A model generated the notes under the pieces. That model made no database searches. It saw nothing but the letters and a program-made list of their open reading frames with translations, and was not told the origin of the DNA. A program made the translations under genes and the position numbers. Below, piece by piece: positions 9,667 through 18,482 of a stretch of DNA of 64,000 bases. Source of the DNA: Limnothrix sp. BL-A-16 (GTDB taxonomy: Bacteria > Cyanobacteriota > Cyanobacteriia > CACIAM-69d); assembly GCA_041937175.2 (NCBI GenBank), contig CP166615.1, positions 3,424,001-3,488,000 on the forward strand, read 5' to 3'. Position 1 is the first letter of the stretch; each line of letters opens with the position of its first letter.

Positions 9667-10056
9667 ATGGATATAAAACCTTTACAAAAGAAAGCTAAAT
9701 CACGAGGTATTGCTATTGATGGGCAAGGTGGTTACGAGCGACATATTTTGCTGTGTACTGGATTACGTCAAAGTGGGGACACTTGTTGTCCCGCTGAAGA
9801 AGGTGCTAAAACCTGGAAATATTTGGGCAGGCGATTGAAACAACTTGCTCAAGATGGACATAATATTTATCGTACAGAGACAGAATGTTTAATGTTTTGT
9901 CGCAGTGGTCCCCTTGCCGTTGTCTACCCCGAAGGAACTTGGTACTGTGAAGTTACTCCAGAGGTTTGTGAACGTATTATTCAAGAACATTTGCTGGAAG
10001 GACAACCAGTTGAAGAATTCATTTTTGCTTGTAATCCATTGTTGAAAGACCCGTAA
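9667..10056 (+). CDS. Thioredoxin-like [2Fe-2S] ferredoxin (same cassette)
   Basis: RHILLCTG...CC...[20 protein letters not shown]...[12 protein letters not shown]. Confidence 0.88.
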   Translation: MDIKPLQKKAKSRGIAIDGQGGYERHILLCTGLRQSGDTCCPAEEGAKTWKYLGRRLKQLAQDGHNIYRTETECLMFCRSGPLAVVYPEGTWYCEVTPEVCERIIQEHLLEGQPVEEFIFACNPLLKDP

Positions 10057-10071
10057 ACACACTCCCATACA

Positions 10072-10159
10072 GGCTAACAACTTCGCTGCGCCGGAACGCC
10101 GTAATCTAGTCGGTTGAGTTGCAAAGTTTGTCTGCGTCCGGTGAGCTTGGTCGTTAGAC
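10072..10159 (+). mobile_element. attC site 4
   Basis: GGCTAAC-AACTTCGCTGCGCCGGA...TCCGGTGAGCTTGGTC-GTTAGAC; CAGGCTAAC complements the cassette start GTTAGCCTG. Confidence 0.9.
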
Positions 10160-10242
10160 GACAAAAGGCTCTGGGTATTTTTAAGGCAAAATATAATTTT
10201 GGTTCGGGTGTTCTTTTGAGAAGCGGTCATCCTAGCGATCGC
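10153..10242 (+). repeat. Trailer B (right half of the platform), copy 1
   Basis: 90 bp, GTTAGAC...TATAAT...ATCCTAGCGATCGC; repeated at 13089-13178 (about 14 mismatches by eye). Confidence 0.85.
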
Positions 10243-10456
10243 TGAGCCTAGTAGCGCGGCTGTTTTAATTCGATCGGTCAAGTCCAATGACTGTTGCTGC
10301 TACCCGATCGGTAGGGAGCGAAGGTATTAATCTCCTGATCACGACGACTGACTCCGCAACGTTGACCTATGCGCTACGAGTTGCGGTCAAAGTCCCGTAG
10401 ATGACGGTATATTCCGCAGCAACAGAAGAATGCCCATAATATCAGAATTAGACCGC
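10235..10456 (+). promoter_or_regulatory. Leader A', second attI-like platform (core ATTAGAC 10447-10453)
   Basis: Diverged direct repeat of 6671-6892. Confidence 0.7.
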
Positions 10457-10496
10457 TAGATTTTGGGCTAGGACATCAAGTATTTCAACTTAAATT

Positions 10497-10973
10497 ATGG
10501 AAAGGTTTCAAGATACAGGAGACACAATTCAATCATTTCAAGATCAGGTTCTGGTGCGCTGTCCCCATTGTGAGTCATGTGCTGTTGTGCGTTGCACCAC
10601 TCCTGAAAATTTCCGATTTTCTCCTCGCAGGTTTTCCTGCAAAGCCTGTGGCTCCTACAAAGATTGGGCTGAAAGCACAATTTCAAGAACTTGGAAAAAT
10701 GAGCCACCAGTAGATGATTATTTTCATTACCCTTTATGGTTGCAAGCGCCTTGTTGTGGCCAGACGCTTTGGGCTTACAATTTTGAACATTTAGATTTTC
10801 TTGAAGCATTTGTCAGCGCAAGATTGCGAGAAAGCCAACGCGACGAGAATGATCTTTGGTCGAATCGCAGCCTATTTTCACGCTTGCCGCGATGGATTCA
10901 ATCAGCTAAGAACCGAGAAACTATTTTGAAAGTTATCAGCAAAATTCGTCAATCAAATGAAAGTATTTTGTAG
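10497..10973 (+). CDS. Hypothetical Zn-ribbon-like protein (cassette)
   Basis: CPHC and CKAC pairs; LWLQAPCCGQTLWAYN..HL motif; first gene after leader A'. Confidence 0.75.
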   Translation: MERFQDTGDTIQSFQDQVLVRCPHCESCAVVRCTTPENFRFSPRRFSCKACGSYKDWAESTISRTWKNEPPVDDYFHYPLWLQAPCCGQTLWAYNFEHLDFLEAFVSARLRESQRDENDLWSNRSLFSRLPRWIQSAKNRETILKVISKIRQSNESIL

Positions 10974-10986
10974 CGATACTTCCTAA

Positions 10987-11117
10987 GAGAATGTCTGAGA
11001 AGTATCTTTCAGTACGGGCCAAGCATCAATTATCGTGGGGACAAGGGGCTTAAGCCCCTTATTTGCGTTGACCGCTGGAGCATATGGAGTAGCAATTTTA
11101 GCTTTTCAGACATCCTC
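10987..11117. mobile_element. MITE-like element, family 1 (131 bp), inside the cassette array
   Basis: TIRs GAGAATGTCTGAGAAG / CTTTTCAGACATCCTC; TAA duplicated on both sides; REP palindrome at 11041-11060. Confidence 0.8.
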
Positions 11118-11125
11118 TAAGAACG

Positions 11126-11274
11126 CTCTAATAACGATGATTATTCTAAAATTGTTGACAAAGTGGCATGATCTAAGAATTCTAGTGCGGCGGGCTATCG
11201 AAGATTGATTTGCAGCAAACATAACTTATGCTAAACACAAAAAAGCTTACAGTCGCTGACTAGAAACGTTAAAT
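11126..11274 (+). mobile_element. Possible degenerate attC site
   Basis: CTCTAAT (partly complements ATTAGACCGC) ... AAAC-GTTAAAT; weak internal pairing and long for an attC. Confidence 0.35.
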
Positions 11275-11333
11275 TTCGCAAAGTCAATGGATAAAAAACT
11301 ATGGCACACTAAAACTATCTTTGAGGAATATTC

Positions 11334-12314
11334 ATGAAAGCAATTGTATGTGCCAAGTATGGATCTCCCGATGCTATGCAGCTTCAAGAAGTAGAAAAAC
11401 CTACTCCTAAAGCAAACGAGGTGCTAATTAAAATCTATGCAACAACAGTAACATCAGCAGATATCCGCATCCGAAAAGCTGACCCATTCCCCGTAAGATT
11501 TTTCTACGGTTTCGCAAGACCTAAAAACAACACGATACTCGGATCGGAGCTAGCCGGAGAGATTGAAGCAGTTGGTGAAAATGTAAAACAATTCAAAGCA
11601 GGCGACAGAGTATTTGCTGGTGCAGGAACCAGTTTTGGTGCAAATGCTGAGTATATTTGTCTGCCTGAAGCAGGGGCAGTTGCGATCAAGCCTACCAATA
11701 TGACCTATGAGGAAGCTGCGGCCATTCCTTTTGGGGCAACAACCGCATTGATCTTCCTGAGAGATAAGGGAAAGATTCAGAGCGGGCAGGAAGTTTTGAT
11801 CTATGGCGCTTCTGGGGCAGTGGGGATGGCTGCCGTGCAGCTTGCCAAATTTTTTGGCGCACAAGTGACCGGATTGTGTAGTACAGCGAAATTAGAATTG
11901 GTGAAATCTCTCGGATCTGATCACGTTATTGACTATACCAAAGAGGATTTCACTCAAAACGGTAAGACCTATGACATCATTTTTGACACCAGTGGCAAAA
12001 GTCCATTTTCAGGCTGTCTCAACTCGCTAAAAAATAATGGCATCTATCTTAGAGCTGTTCATATCAATCTATTGCCGATCCTTCGAGGGCTGTGGACTTC
12101 AATGATCAGCAGCAAGAAAGTCATCGGTGGGGTGGCGATCGAGCGTAAAGCAGATCTGATTTTTCTGAAAGAGTTAATCGAAATGGGCAAGATGAAATCG
12201 GTCATCGACAGGCGTTATTCACTGGAGCAGACTGCCGAAGCTCATAGGTATGTTGAACAAGGACACAAGAAAGGGAATGTCGTCATTATTGTGGAGCAAA
12301 GCAACAAAGTCTAA
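11334..12314 (+). CDS. NAD(P)-dependent MDR-family (quinone oxidoreductase-like) dehydrogenase (cassette)
   Basis: [28 protein letters not shown]; stop TAA lies inside R'' GTCTAAC. Confidence 0.92.
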   Translation: MKAIVCAKYGSPDAMQLQEVEKPTPKANEVLIKIYATTVTSADIRIRKADPFPVRFFYGFARPKNNTILGSELAGEIEAVGENVKQFKAGDRVFAGAGTSFGANAEYICLPEAGAVAIKPTNMTYEEAAAIPFGATTALIFLRDKGKIQSGQEVLIYGASGAVGMAAVQLAKFFGAQVTGLCSTAKLELVKSLGSDHVIDYTKEDFTQNGKTYDIIFDTSGKSPFSGCLNSLKNNGIYLRAVHINLLPILRGLWTSMISSKKVIGGVAIERKADLIFLKELIEMGKMKSVIDRRYSLEQTAEAHRYVEQGHKKGNVVIIVEQSNKV

Positions 12315-12404
12315 CAACGCTCTGCACCAGAATGTTCAATAACATTCAATAGGGTCTATTGATTTACAAAACCTGCCTGCGCTTGGTGAGTGCAACCATT
12401 GGGC
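12309..12404 (+). mobile_element. attC site with mutated R' (ATTGGGC)
   Basis: GTCTAAC-AACGCTCTGCACCAGA...TTGGTGAGTGCAACC-ATTGGGC; the next cassette ends CGCCCAAC. Confidence 0.8.
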
Positions 12405-12472
12405 GAACAAGAATCTTTGAAGAAAGTCGTAAATTGTCGCACTGGAAGCTTTTTATATTTTGGGAGAATTTG

Positions 12473-13030
12473 GTGCAACCAAAGTTGACGGATAGGCTTG
12501 TATTGAGGCCGTTCTCGGAGAGAGATGCCGAGGGATTATTTCGCTATCTGTCGAGAAAGCAAGTGAATTGCTTCGCTTCAGACAGAATTGAGACAATGGA
12601 TCAAGCAATAAAGGTTGTGGAGGAACGACAGAGAACTGATAAGTTCATTGCTGTTTGTCTTAAAGAGACTGATGAATTGATCGGAGACCTGTTTCTCCAG
12701 AAAGAGGAGCCAGACACTTACAGTGTGGGTTGGAATTTTAACGCAGACTATCAGGGAAAAGGATATGCTCTTGAGAGCGCTAAGGCGCTGCTAGACTATC
12801 TTTTTAAGGATAGAGGTGCAAGAAGAATCTACGCTTATGTGGAAGAAGACAATATTCGCTCTCAGAAGGTCTGTGAACGCCTTGGTATGAGAAAGGAAGG
12901 ATGTTTCAAGGAATTCATCACGTTCATCAATAATGATGACGGAACGCCGAGATACGAAAATACAATGCAATTTGCAATATTAAGCAAAGAATGGGATCCA
13001 ACGAAAGACATCGATATAGAGAAAAAATAG
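12473..13030 (+). CDS. GNAT (RimJ/RimL-type) N-acetyltransferase (cassette)
   Basis: TDRLVLRPF; YQGKGYALE; NIRSQKVCERLGMRKEG; GTG start after GGAG (the track's longer start lies inside the attC). Confidence 0.88.
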   Translation: MQPKLTDRLVLRPFSERDAEGLFRYLSRKQVNCFASDRIETMDQAIKVVEERQRTDKFIAVCLKETDELIGDLFLQKEEPDTYSVGWNFNADYQGKGYALESAKALLDYLFKDRGARRIYAYVEEDNIRSQKVCERLGMRKEGCFKEFITFINNDDGTPRYENTMQFAILSKEWDPTKDIDIEKK

Positions 13031-13032
13031 CC

Positions 13033-13095
13033 GCCCAACATTGACTTTAACTTGATGATTTTGGAACAAAATTGCAAGTTAAATCAGCGTTAGAC
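13033..13095 (+). mobile_element. attC site (short, 63 bp)
   Basis: GCCCAAC-ATTGACTTTAACTTG...CAAGTTAAATCAGC-GTTAGAC. Confidence 0.9.
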
Positions 13096-13178
13096 TAAAA
13101 AAGGTTCTGAGTATTCTTGAGGGAGAATATAATTTTGGCTTGGGTGTTCTCCTGAGAAGCTGTAATCCTAGCGATCGC
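13089..13178 (+). repeat. Trailer B', copy 2
   Basis: Direct repeat of 10153-10242, ending in HIP1. Confidence 0.85.
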
Positions 13179-13256
13179 CTGCCCTAGTTGCCGCCGCGAT
13201 CGCACCCGATCGACTGTGCTTGACTCACCGCGCTGACTGCTCGCCCTGTCTACCCC

Positions 13257-14255
13257 ATGACCTTCTTTAATCTGCGCCCCGACTGGCAACTGCGCGATCG
13301 CGAAGCAACGGATCCAGCCCTGTTTCTCAATCGCCGCCGCTTTTTGCAATCCCTCGCCGGGTTCAGCATTGCCGGTAGTGTTTCGTCGCTGACGGGTTGC
13401 CAAAATACACCACCCGGCGAGCTGGAAGCGGCTCCACCCCCCGGCCCCACCACCATGCGATCGCCCTTTGTTGGGGTGCAGCGCAATTCCCAATTTGCCG
13501 ATCCGCAGCGAGCCGTCACGCCCCAAGACTTGGCTGGTCGCTACAACAACTTCTATGAGTTTGGCGGAACAAAGGACATTGCCCAGCGGGCCCAACGGTT
13601 GCCCACCAATCCCTGGACCGTGGAAGTGTCTGGATTGGTCAAACAGCCTAAAACTTGGGCGATCGAGGATTTAATCAAAGCCTTTGAGATCGAAGAACGC
13701 ATCTATCGGTTTCGCTGTGTCGAAGCCTGGGCGATGGTTGTGCCCTGGCTCGGGTTTCCGATGCGCAAACTGATCGAAGCGGTCGATCCCTTGCCCGATG
13801 CTAAATTCGTCCGCTTCACCTCCTACTACAACAAAGACATCACGATCGGCCCCGGTTGGTCTCTCCGGGAGTTGCCTTGGCCCTACACCGAAGGCTTGCG
13901 GATTGAGGAAATGGCCAATGAGCTAGCCTTTTTCGCGGTGGGTAATTACGGCCAGATTTTGCCGAAGCAGCATGGCGCGCCAATTCGGGCCGTCTTGCCT
14001 TGGAAGTACGGCTTCAAGGGGGCTAAGTCGATCGTCAAAATTGAATTTTTGCCCCGTCAGCCCCTGACCTTTTGGAACACTCTGGCCCCTGATGAATATG
14101 GCTTTGAGGCCAATGTGGATCCCCTTGTGCCTCATCCCCGTTGGTCTCAGGCCACGGAGCGGTTATTGGGGTCGGGCCCGCCGCTGGCCTGGAAAACGGT
14201 TCCCACCCGTCCCTACAACGGCTATGGAAAATGGGTTTCTGGTCTTTATGCCTAG
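13257..14255 (+). CDS. msrP: Protein-methionine-sulfoxide reductase catalytic subunit
   Basis: Tat motif NRRRFL; YNNFYEFG; ERIYRFRCVEAW; PWKYGFK; HPRWSQATER. Confidence 0.95.
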   Translation: MTFFNLRPDWQLRDREATDPALFLNRRRFLQSLAGFSIAGSVSSLTGCQNTPPGELEAAPPPGPTTMRSPFVGVQRNSQFADPQRAVTPQDLAGRYNNFYEFGGTKDIAQRAQRLPTNPWTVEVSGLVKQPKTWAIEDLIKAFEIEERIYRFRCVEAWAMVVPWLGFPMRKLIEAVDPLPDAKFVRFTSYYNKDITIGPGWSLRELPWPYTEGLRIEEMANELAFFAVGNYGQILPKQHGAPIRAVLPWKYGFKGAKSIVKIEFLPRQPLTFWNTLAPDEYGFEANVDPLVPHPRWSQATERLLGSGPPLAWKTVPTRPYNGYGKWVSGLYA

Positions 14256-14322
14256 GCTAATTATTGCAATGATCATCAAGCTGTAACGATCGCCTCGACC
14301 GCTGAATTCTCCGCAAGCCACA

Positions 14323-14643
14323 ATGGCCAAAGTTCAGGACGTACCAGCCAGCGGAGGAGGCGATCCAATGCCGATCGACTTTCAAAGAGCTTTGGTAATG
14401 CGGTTTTGGCAGTTGGCTCGATGCCGACCCGTTGCGGGTTATGCCATGTATTTGGATGTGTTGGAAGGGCGATCGGTCTTGGCCATTGATTGTCGGGCAG
14501 ATAGCGCTGCCCACAAGCTTTGGGAACAGCGGGCCCAACTTAATCAAGCGGCCTGTCAGCTTGGCATTGAGCGTTTGGTGTTGCGGGTGCGGGGCGAAAT
14601 CTGGCGATCGCCCTGGCAAGCCACTGCCACGGATTCACAGTAA
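14323..14643 (+). CDS. Hypothetical protein
   Basis: 106-aa ORF co-oriented after msrP. Confidence 0.55.
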   Translation: MAKVQDVPASGGGDPMPIDFQRALVMRFWQLARCRPVAGYAMYLDVLEGRSVLAIDCRADSAAHKLWEQRAQLNQAACQLGIERLVLRVRGEIWRSPWQATATDSQ

Positions 14644-14895
14644 TCCTTGAATCAGCATTGCAAGAACTGGTGATTAATGAATTGCGATTAATGAATTGCG
14701 ATTAATCGTTGCAATTAAGAAAATGCGTTGCACTGAAGAATCGATCGCCCTTGATCCCATATTGGATTTCTGTATTGGATTTCTGGCAATCGGTGAATCG
14801 TGCCGCATGAATAGAAATGAACACCAAAAATGAACACAATAGACCCTGGATCAAAAATTAGCCAGGGGTGGGGCAGCTCAAAGATTGCTGAAAAA

Positions 14896-15357
14896 TTAGC
14901 TCAAAATTTCGATTTTGCCCGCTAATTCCGCAGGCTGAAAGGTCTCATAGAGCAACAACAATTGACGCACTATCCGCCCGATCGGGAGTGCCAGTGGACT
15001 ATAGACCACGCCCCCATGATCTTTTTGCGATCCGGCGAACTTCACCAGCGTCACTTCCGCTGTCACGAAAACCAATTGGTGGCGATGGGCAAATAAAAGC
15101 TGGGTGGCATCACTCTGGTTCTGGAGCTTCACCTCTGTGGGCCGGGTGGCCCGCACCCCATAGCCGCGCAGGGCTGCGCTGACGGCGGGATCAAGGCTGT
15201 CGTCTAGGTAAAATCCCAAGCGTGGTTGGCTCACGGGTTGCAGGGGTGTCAAGAGCATCTCAGGATTGGATATAGCCTGAAGCGCGATCGATTGCAATTT
15301 CCTGAAACTTTCCGCACCCTTTCGCGGCCGCTCCGGAGCGATCGCCACAACGCTCAA
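14896..15357 (-). CDS. DUF5615-family PIN-like toxin (start uncertain)
   Basis: FYLDDSL..AVSAALRGYGV...SDATQL..A...VT...HGGVVY; downstream of a DUF433 gene. Confidence 0.7.
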   Translation of the reverse strand: MSVVAIAPERPRKGAESFRKLQSIALQAISNPEMLLTPLQPVSQPRLGFYLDDSLDPAVSAALRGYGVRATRPTEVKLQNQSDATQLLFAHRHQLVFVTAEVTLVKFAGSQKDHGGVVYSPLALPIGRIVRQLLLLYETFQPAELAGKIEILS

Positions 15358-15433
15358 GCATGAGGTGGGCTACCGGCTCGATCGGCGCTCAATCGCTTGA
15401 TCGAAAAACGCTCAGTTAAGGACGCACTCAGCC

Positions 15434-15745
15434 CTAATCTCCGCGTAGCTCACTGAGGCGCTCCTGAAGGACGGAGACTTGGCTTCGCTGAAATCCGGCA
15501 ACGAATGCCAGGTCTTCGTGAATGGCCAAGTCCATTTCGCTACGGTGGTCAAAGTAATAGGCCATGGCCGCATAGAGGGCCGCCAGGGGCAGTTGATAGC
15601 GCCCAGCGATTTCCTCGATCGATTGGCCAAGTCGTAGATGCATCAGGGCCACATCGGTCACGGTAATCCGGGTTCCGGCCAGCCGCGGACGACCGCCCCG
15701 AATCCCCGGTGTGGTTTCAATATGGCGTGACAAGCTTTTACTCAT
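15434..15745 (-). CDS. DUF433 antitoxin-like protein
   Basis: HIETTPGIRGGRPRLAGTRITV...GQSIEEIA...LYAAMAYYFDH. Confidence 0.88.
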   Translation of the reverse strand: MSKSLSRHIETTPGIRGGRPRLAGTRITVTDVALMHLRLGQSIEEIAGRYQLPLAALYAAMAYYFDHRSEMDLAIHEDLAFVAGFQRSQVSVLQERLSELRGD

Positions 15746-16031
15746 CGAACTGGGCTGTGCAAGAGTACCCATTTTGACGTGTATTTTCTGACATGTATGT
15801 TCTGACATGTACTGGCGGCGCATCGAGGTTGAACTTTGCTCCGATTTTGAGAGGCTGTTCCGATGCGGCCCCGTCGCGATTGTCACACTTTGGTCAGCTT
15901 TTGGGCCGCCAATGATATGGCCAAGAGCATGGCCAAAATCCGGGTGATTGGATTGCTGGTTCAAGCTTTGATTTTAAGAGAGTGGGGGGATCTTTGCCGG
16001 TCAGGGTCAAGCCCTTAATTCGGAGGGCAGA

Positions 16032-17048
16032 CTAGCGGGGCAGATCACTTCCGTTCAGTGGCTCCGTGGGAGGCTGTGCCAGTTGATTCAAGGCATCAGC
16101 TAAATCTTGGGTCAGGGCGGGGGCGGCCACCTTGGCCGGGCGATCGAGATATTGCGCCAACGGGAGCGATCGCCCAACTATCACCCGCACGCCACAGCGC
16201 CAACCCACCTGCGGCGAACCATATTCCACATGAATCGGCACGATATGCACACCCGAATGGCTGCGTTCCGCCTGGATTGCCATTCGCGCCAAACCGGGCT
16301 TGAGGGGGTGCAGGTGGCCATCGCGGAAAATGTCGCCTTCCGGAAAAATCACCAAGGCCTTGCCCGTTTCCAACACTTTGATGCCGTGGCGAACGCTGGC
16401 AATGCTGGGGTTGGTGGTGTCTACGGGAAACCCACCCATGCGCTGAATAAACCAGCCTTGGAGGCCGCGGGAGGCTTCGTTGGCCGAAACCATGAAGTGC
16501 AAATCGGCGGGACAGATGGGCCGGCCAATGGCACAGGGAACCACCAAGGCATCCCAGCGCGATCGATGGGTGGGGGCAAATAGGAGCGATCGGGCGTTTT
16601 GGGGCAGGTTTTCCAAGCCCTCGATCGTCACGGAACCAAAATAGGTTGGCAACACAACCCGCCGGGCCAGGGGATAGAGCACCCGCGCGAGCCAAGGCAA
16701 CACACAGGAGCGAATCGACCCAGAATCAACCACATGATCCATGGCTTGGTGATTCGTGGTTTGCTGATGCGTGGTTTGCTGATCCTGGGTTGGGTTGGTT
16801 GGCTCCGGTGTTCCCTGTGTTGCGGGCTGCTGTCCGGCGGGAGAACCTACCCGATCGCCCTCATGGCAGGAAGGATTGCGTTCCGCATTCAGCGGGTCGT
16901 CTAGCTGCATCACCGTCCCCCGCGCCGTCCCTGGCACCGAATCAGTCACCACCGCCATGGTGACGGCGCTGCTGGCCGGTCTGGATGTCCCTTGGACAGT
17001 CGGGGCGTTCGGCACAACCTCAGTAGAAGCAGAGTTTAGACGCATCAT
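16032..17048 (-). CDS. 1-acyl-sn-glycerol-3-phosphate acyltransferase (PlsC-like)
   Basis: PTHRSRWD (HX4D); GGFPVD; LVIFPEG. Confidence 0.88.
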   Translation of the reverse strand: MMRLNSASTEVVPNAPTVQGTSRPASSAVTMAVVTDSVPGTARGTVMQLDDPLNAERNPSCHEGDRVGSPAGQQPATQGTPEPTNPTQDQQTTHQQTTNHQAMDHVVDSGSIRSCVLPWLARVLYPLARRVVLPTYFGSVTIEGLENLPQNARSLLFAPTHRSRWDALVVPCAIGRPICPADLHFMVSANEASRGLQGWFIQRMGGFPVDTTNPSIASVRHGIKVLETGKALVIFPEGDIFRDGHLHPLKPGLARMAIQAERSHSGVHIVPIHVEYGSPQVGWRCGVRVIVGRSLPLAQYLDRPAKVAAPALTQDLADALNQLAQPPTEPLNGSDLPR

Positions 17049-17630
17049 GGGCAGCTAGAGTTCCCCGACCGGTTGGATATTCTTCATGGTTTCTGAGGCT
17101 AACAATACCAGGTTGATTCTGCTGGCCAGTTCATGCACCGTCTGGACAAGGGACAGGGCAGGGATCGGTGGCTGGGGGCCGGCGTTCTCGCCACCATAAG
17201 TCTTGGGCGAACTGGGGCAGACCCTCAGTGAGCGCAACTTTATTGACCGGGTACGTTGATGGGTGGATTGCTTTTTGTAACAAATCCTTAATAATCATTC
17301 TATGGGATCTCACCCCCATGGAATTTCACCCCGATCGCGATTACCAGCTCATTGCCGCCAGATTTCTACCCAATTTCTGCAAAATCTCTGCAAAATGCCT
17401 GCGAAGTCTTGGCTCAATCCCGCGCTCCTGTTGGTTCAATCTTGCTGATGGTTCAATCTTCCTGAATTGCTTCCTGAATTGAGTTTTTTGTGCGGGTCTG
17501 GACTGGTCTTGAGTTGATTCCCAAGTTGATTCCCAAGTTGATCCCCAGCCAAGCTTGCGCAAATCCTGAGCCTGTTGGGCTTTGTCTGAGCGCTGTCTGA
17601 CTCTTTTGCTAAATCCTTTGCCAAAACCCT

Positions 17631-18482
17631 ATGTACGAAGCCACTGCCCGATCGAGCGATCGCCCCATCATGACTCCCAAGGGCGATCGACCCCAGCCCG
17701 CCCTTTTCAAAACCTTTTGGGCCGATGCCCTGTCCGTTTTTTGGGGTGACTGGCTGAAACTGCGGGTGAGGGTTGGGCAGGTGGCCGCTTCGGGGCTGGT
17801 TTCCCCGCTGATTTATATCCTGGCTTTCGGGTTGGGATTGGGAACCTCCCTGGATGCCGTGGCCAAGCCTTCCGCAGGCGATAGCTATTTGGAATTTATC
17901 TTGCCGGGGATGGTGGCCCTGTCTTCCATGGCCATTAGCTTTGGGGGCACAACATTTTCAATTTGTGGCGATCGCCTGTTTACCAAAACCTTTGAGGAAA
18001 TGTTGCTCGTGCCGGTGCATCCCTTGGCCATGCACCTGGGACGGATGATGGCGGGCATTGTGCGCGGCCTGCTGACGGCTGGCTCGGTGATTTTGGTGGC
18101 GGTGTTGTTTACGGGCAAGGTTTGGAGCTTTTTAAATCCGCTCTTTTTGCTGTTGCTGGTGCTCAACTGTGCTGTGTTTGCGGGCTTAGGGGTGATTGTG
18201 GGTCTTTCGGTGCAGTCTTTGGAAATGGTGGGGCTGTACAACAATTTTCTGATTGTGCCCATGTCCTTTTTGGGGGCCACGTTTTTTGACCCGGCCAAGT
18301 TGCCGCCGCTGCTGAAACCGATCGTCTATTGCTTGCCCTTGACCTACACCAGTATTGGCTTGCGATCGGCTGCTTACCTTCCCCTGAGCGAATTTCCTTG
18401 GTACAGCATCCCGATTTTGCTGGCGGTGGCCACGGTGCTGGCGTTTTTGGGGGCCCAGCGGTTTTCTAAGCAGCAGGATTAG
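17631..18482 (+). CDS. ABC-2 type transporter permease
   Basis: YLEFILPGMVAL; TFEEMLLVP; PMSFLGATFF; six hydrophobic segments. Confidence 0.88.
   Translation: MYEATARSSDRPIMTPKGDRPQPALFKTFWADALSVFWGDWLKLRVRVGQVAASGLVSPLIYILAFGLGLGTSLDAVAKPSAGDSYLEFILPGMVALSSMAISFGGTTFSICGDRLFTKTFEEMLLVPVHPLAMHLGRMMAGIVRGLLTAGSVILVAVLFTGKVWSFLNPLFLLLLVLNCAVFAGLGVIVGLSVQSLEMVGLYNNFLIVPMSFLGATFFDPAKLPPLLKPIVYCLPLTYTSIGLRSAAYLPLSEFPWYSIPILLAVATVLAFLGAQRFSKQQD

Noticed and set aside
9889..10287. Minus-strand ORFs 9889-10287 and 13095-13595 sharing AIAR.TASQ.NT..KIIF.LKNTQ
   Set aside because: The similarity simply reflects the B/B' DNA repeat; both overlap real genes or attC sites on the other strand.
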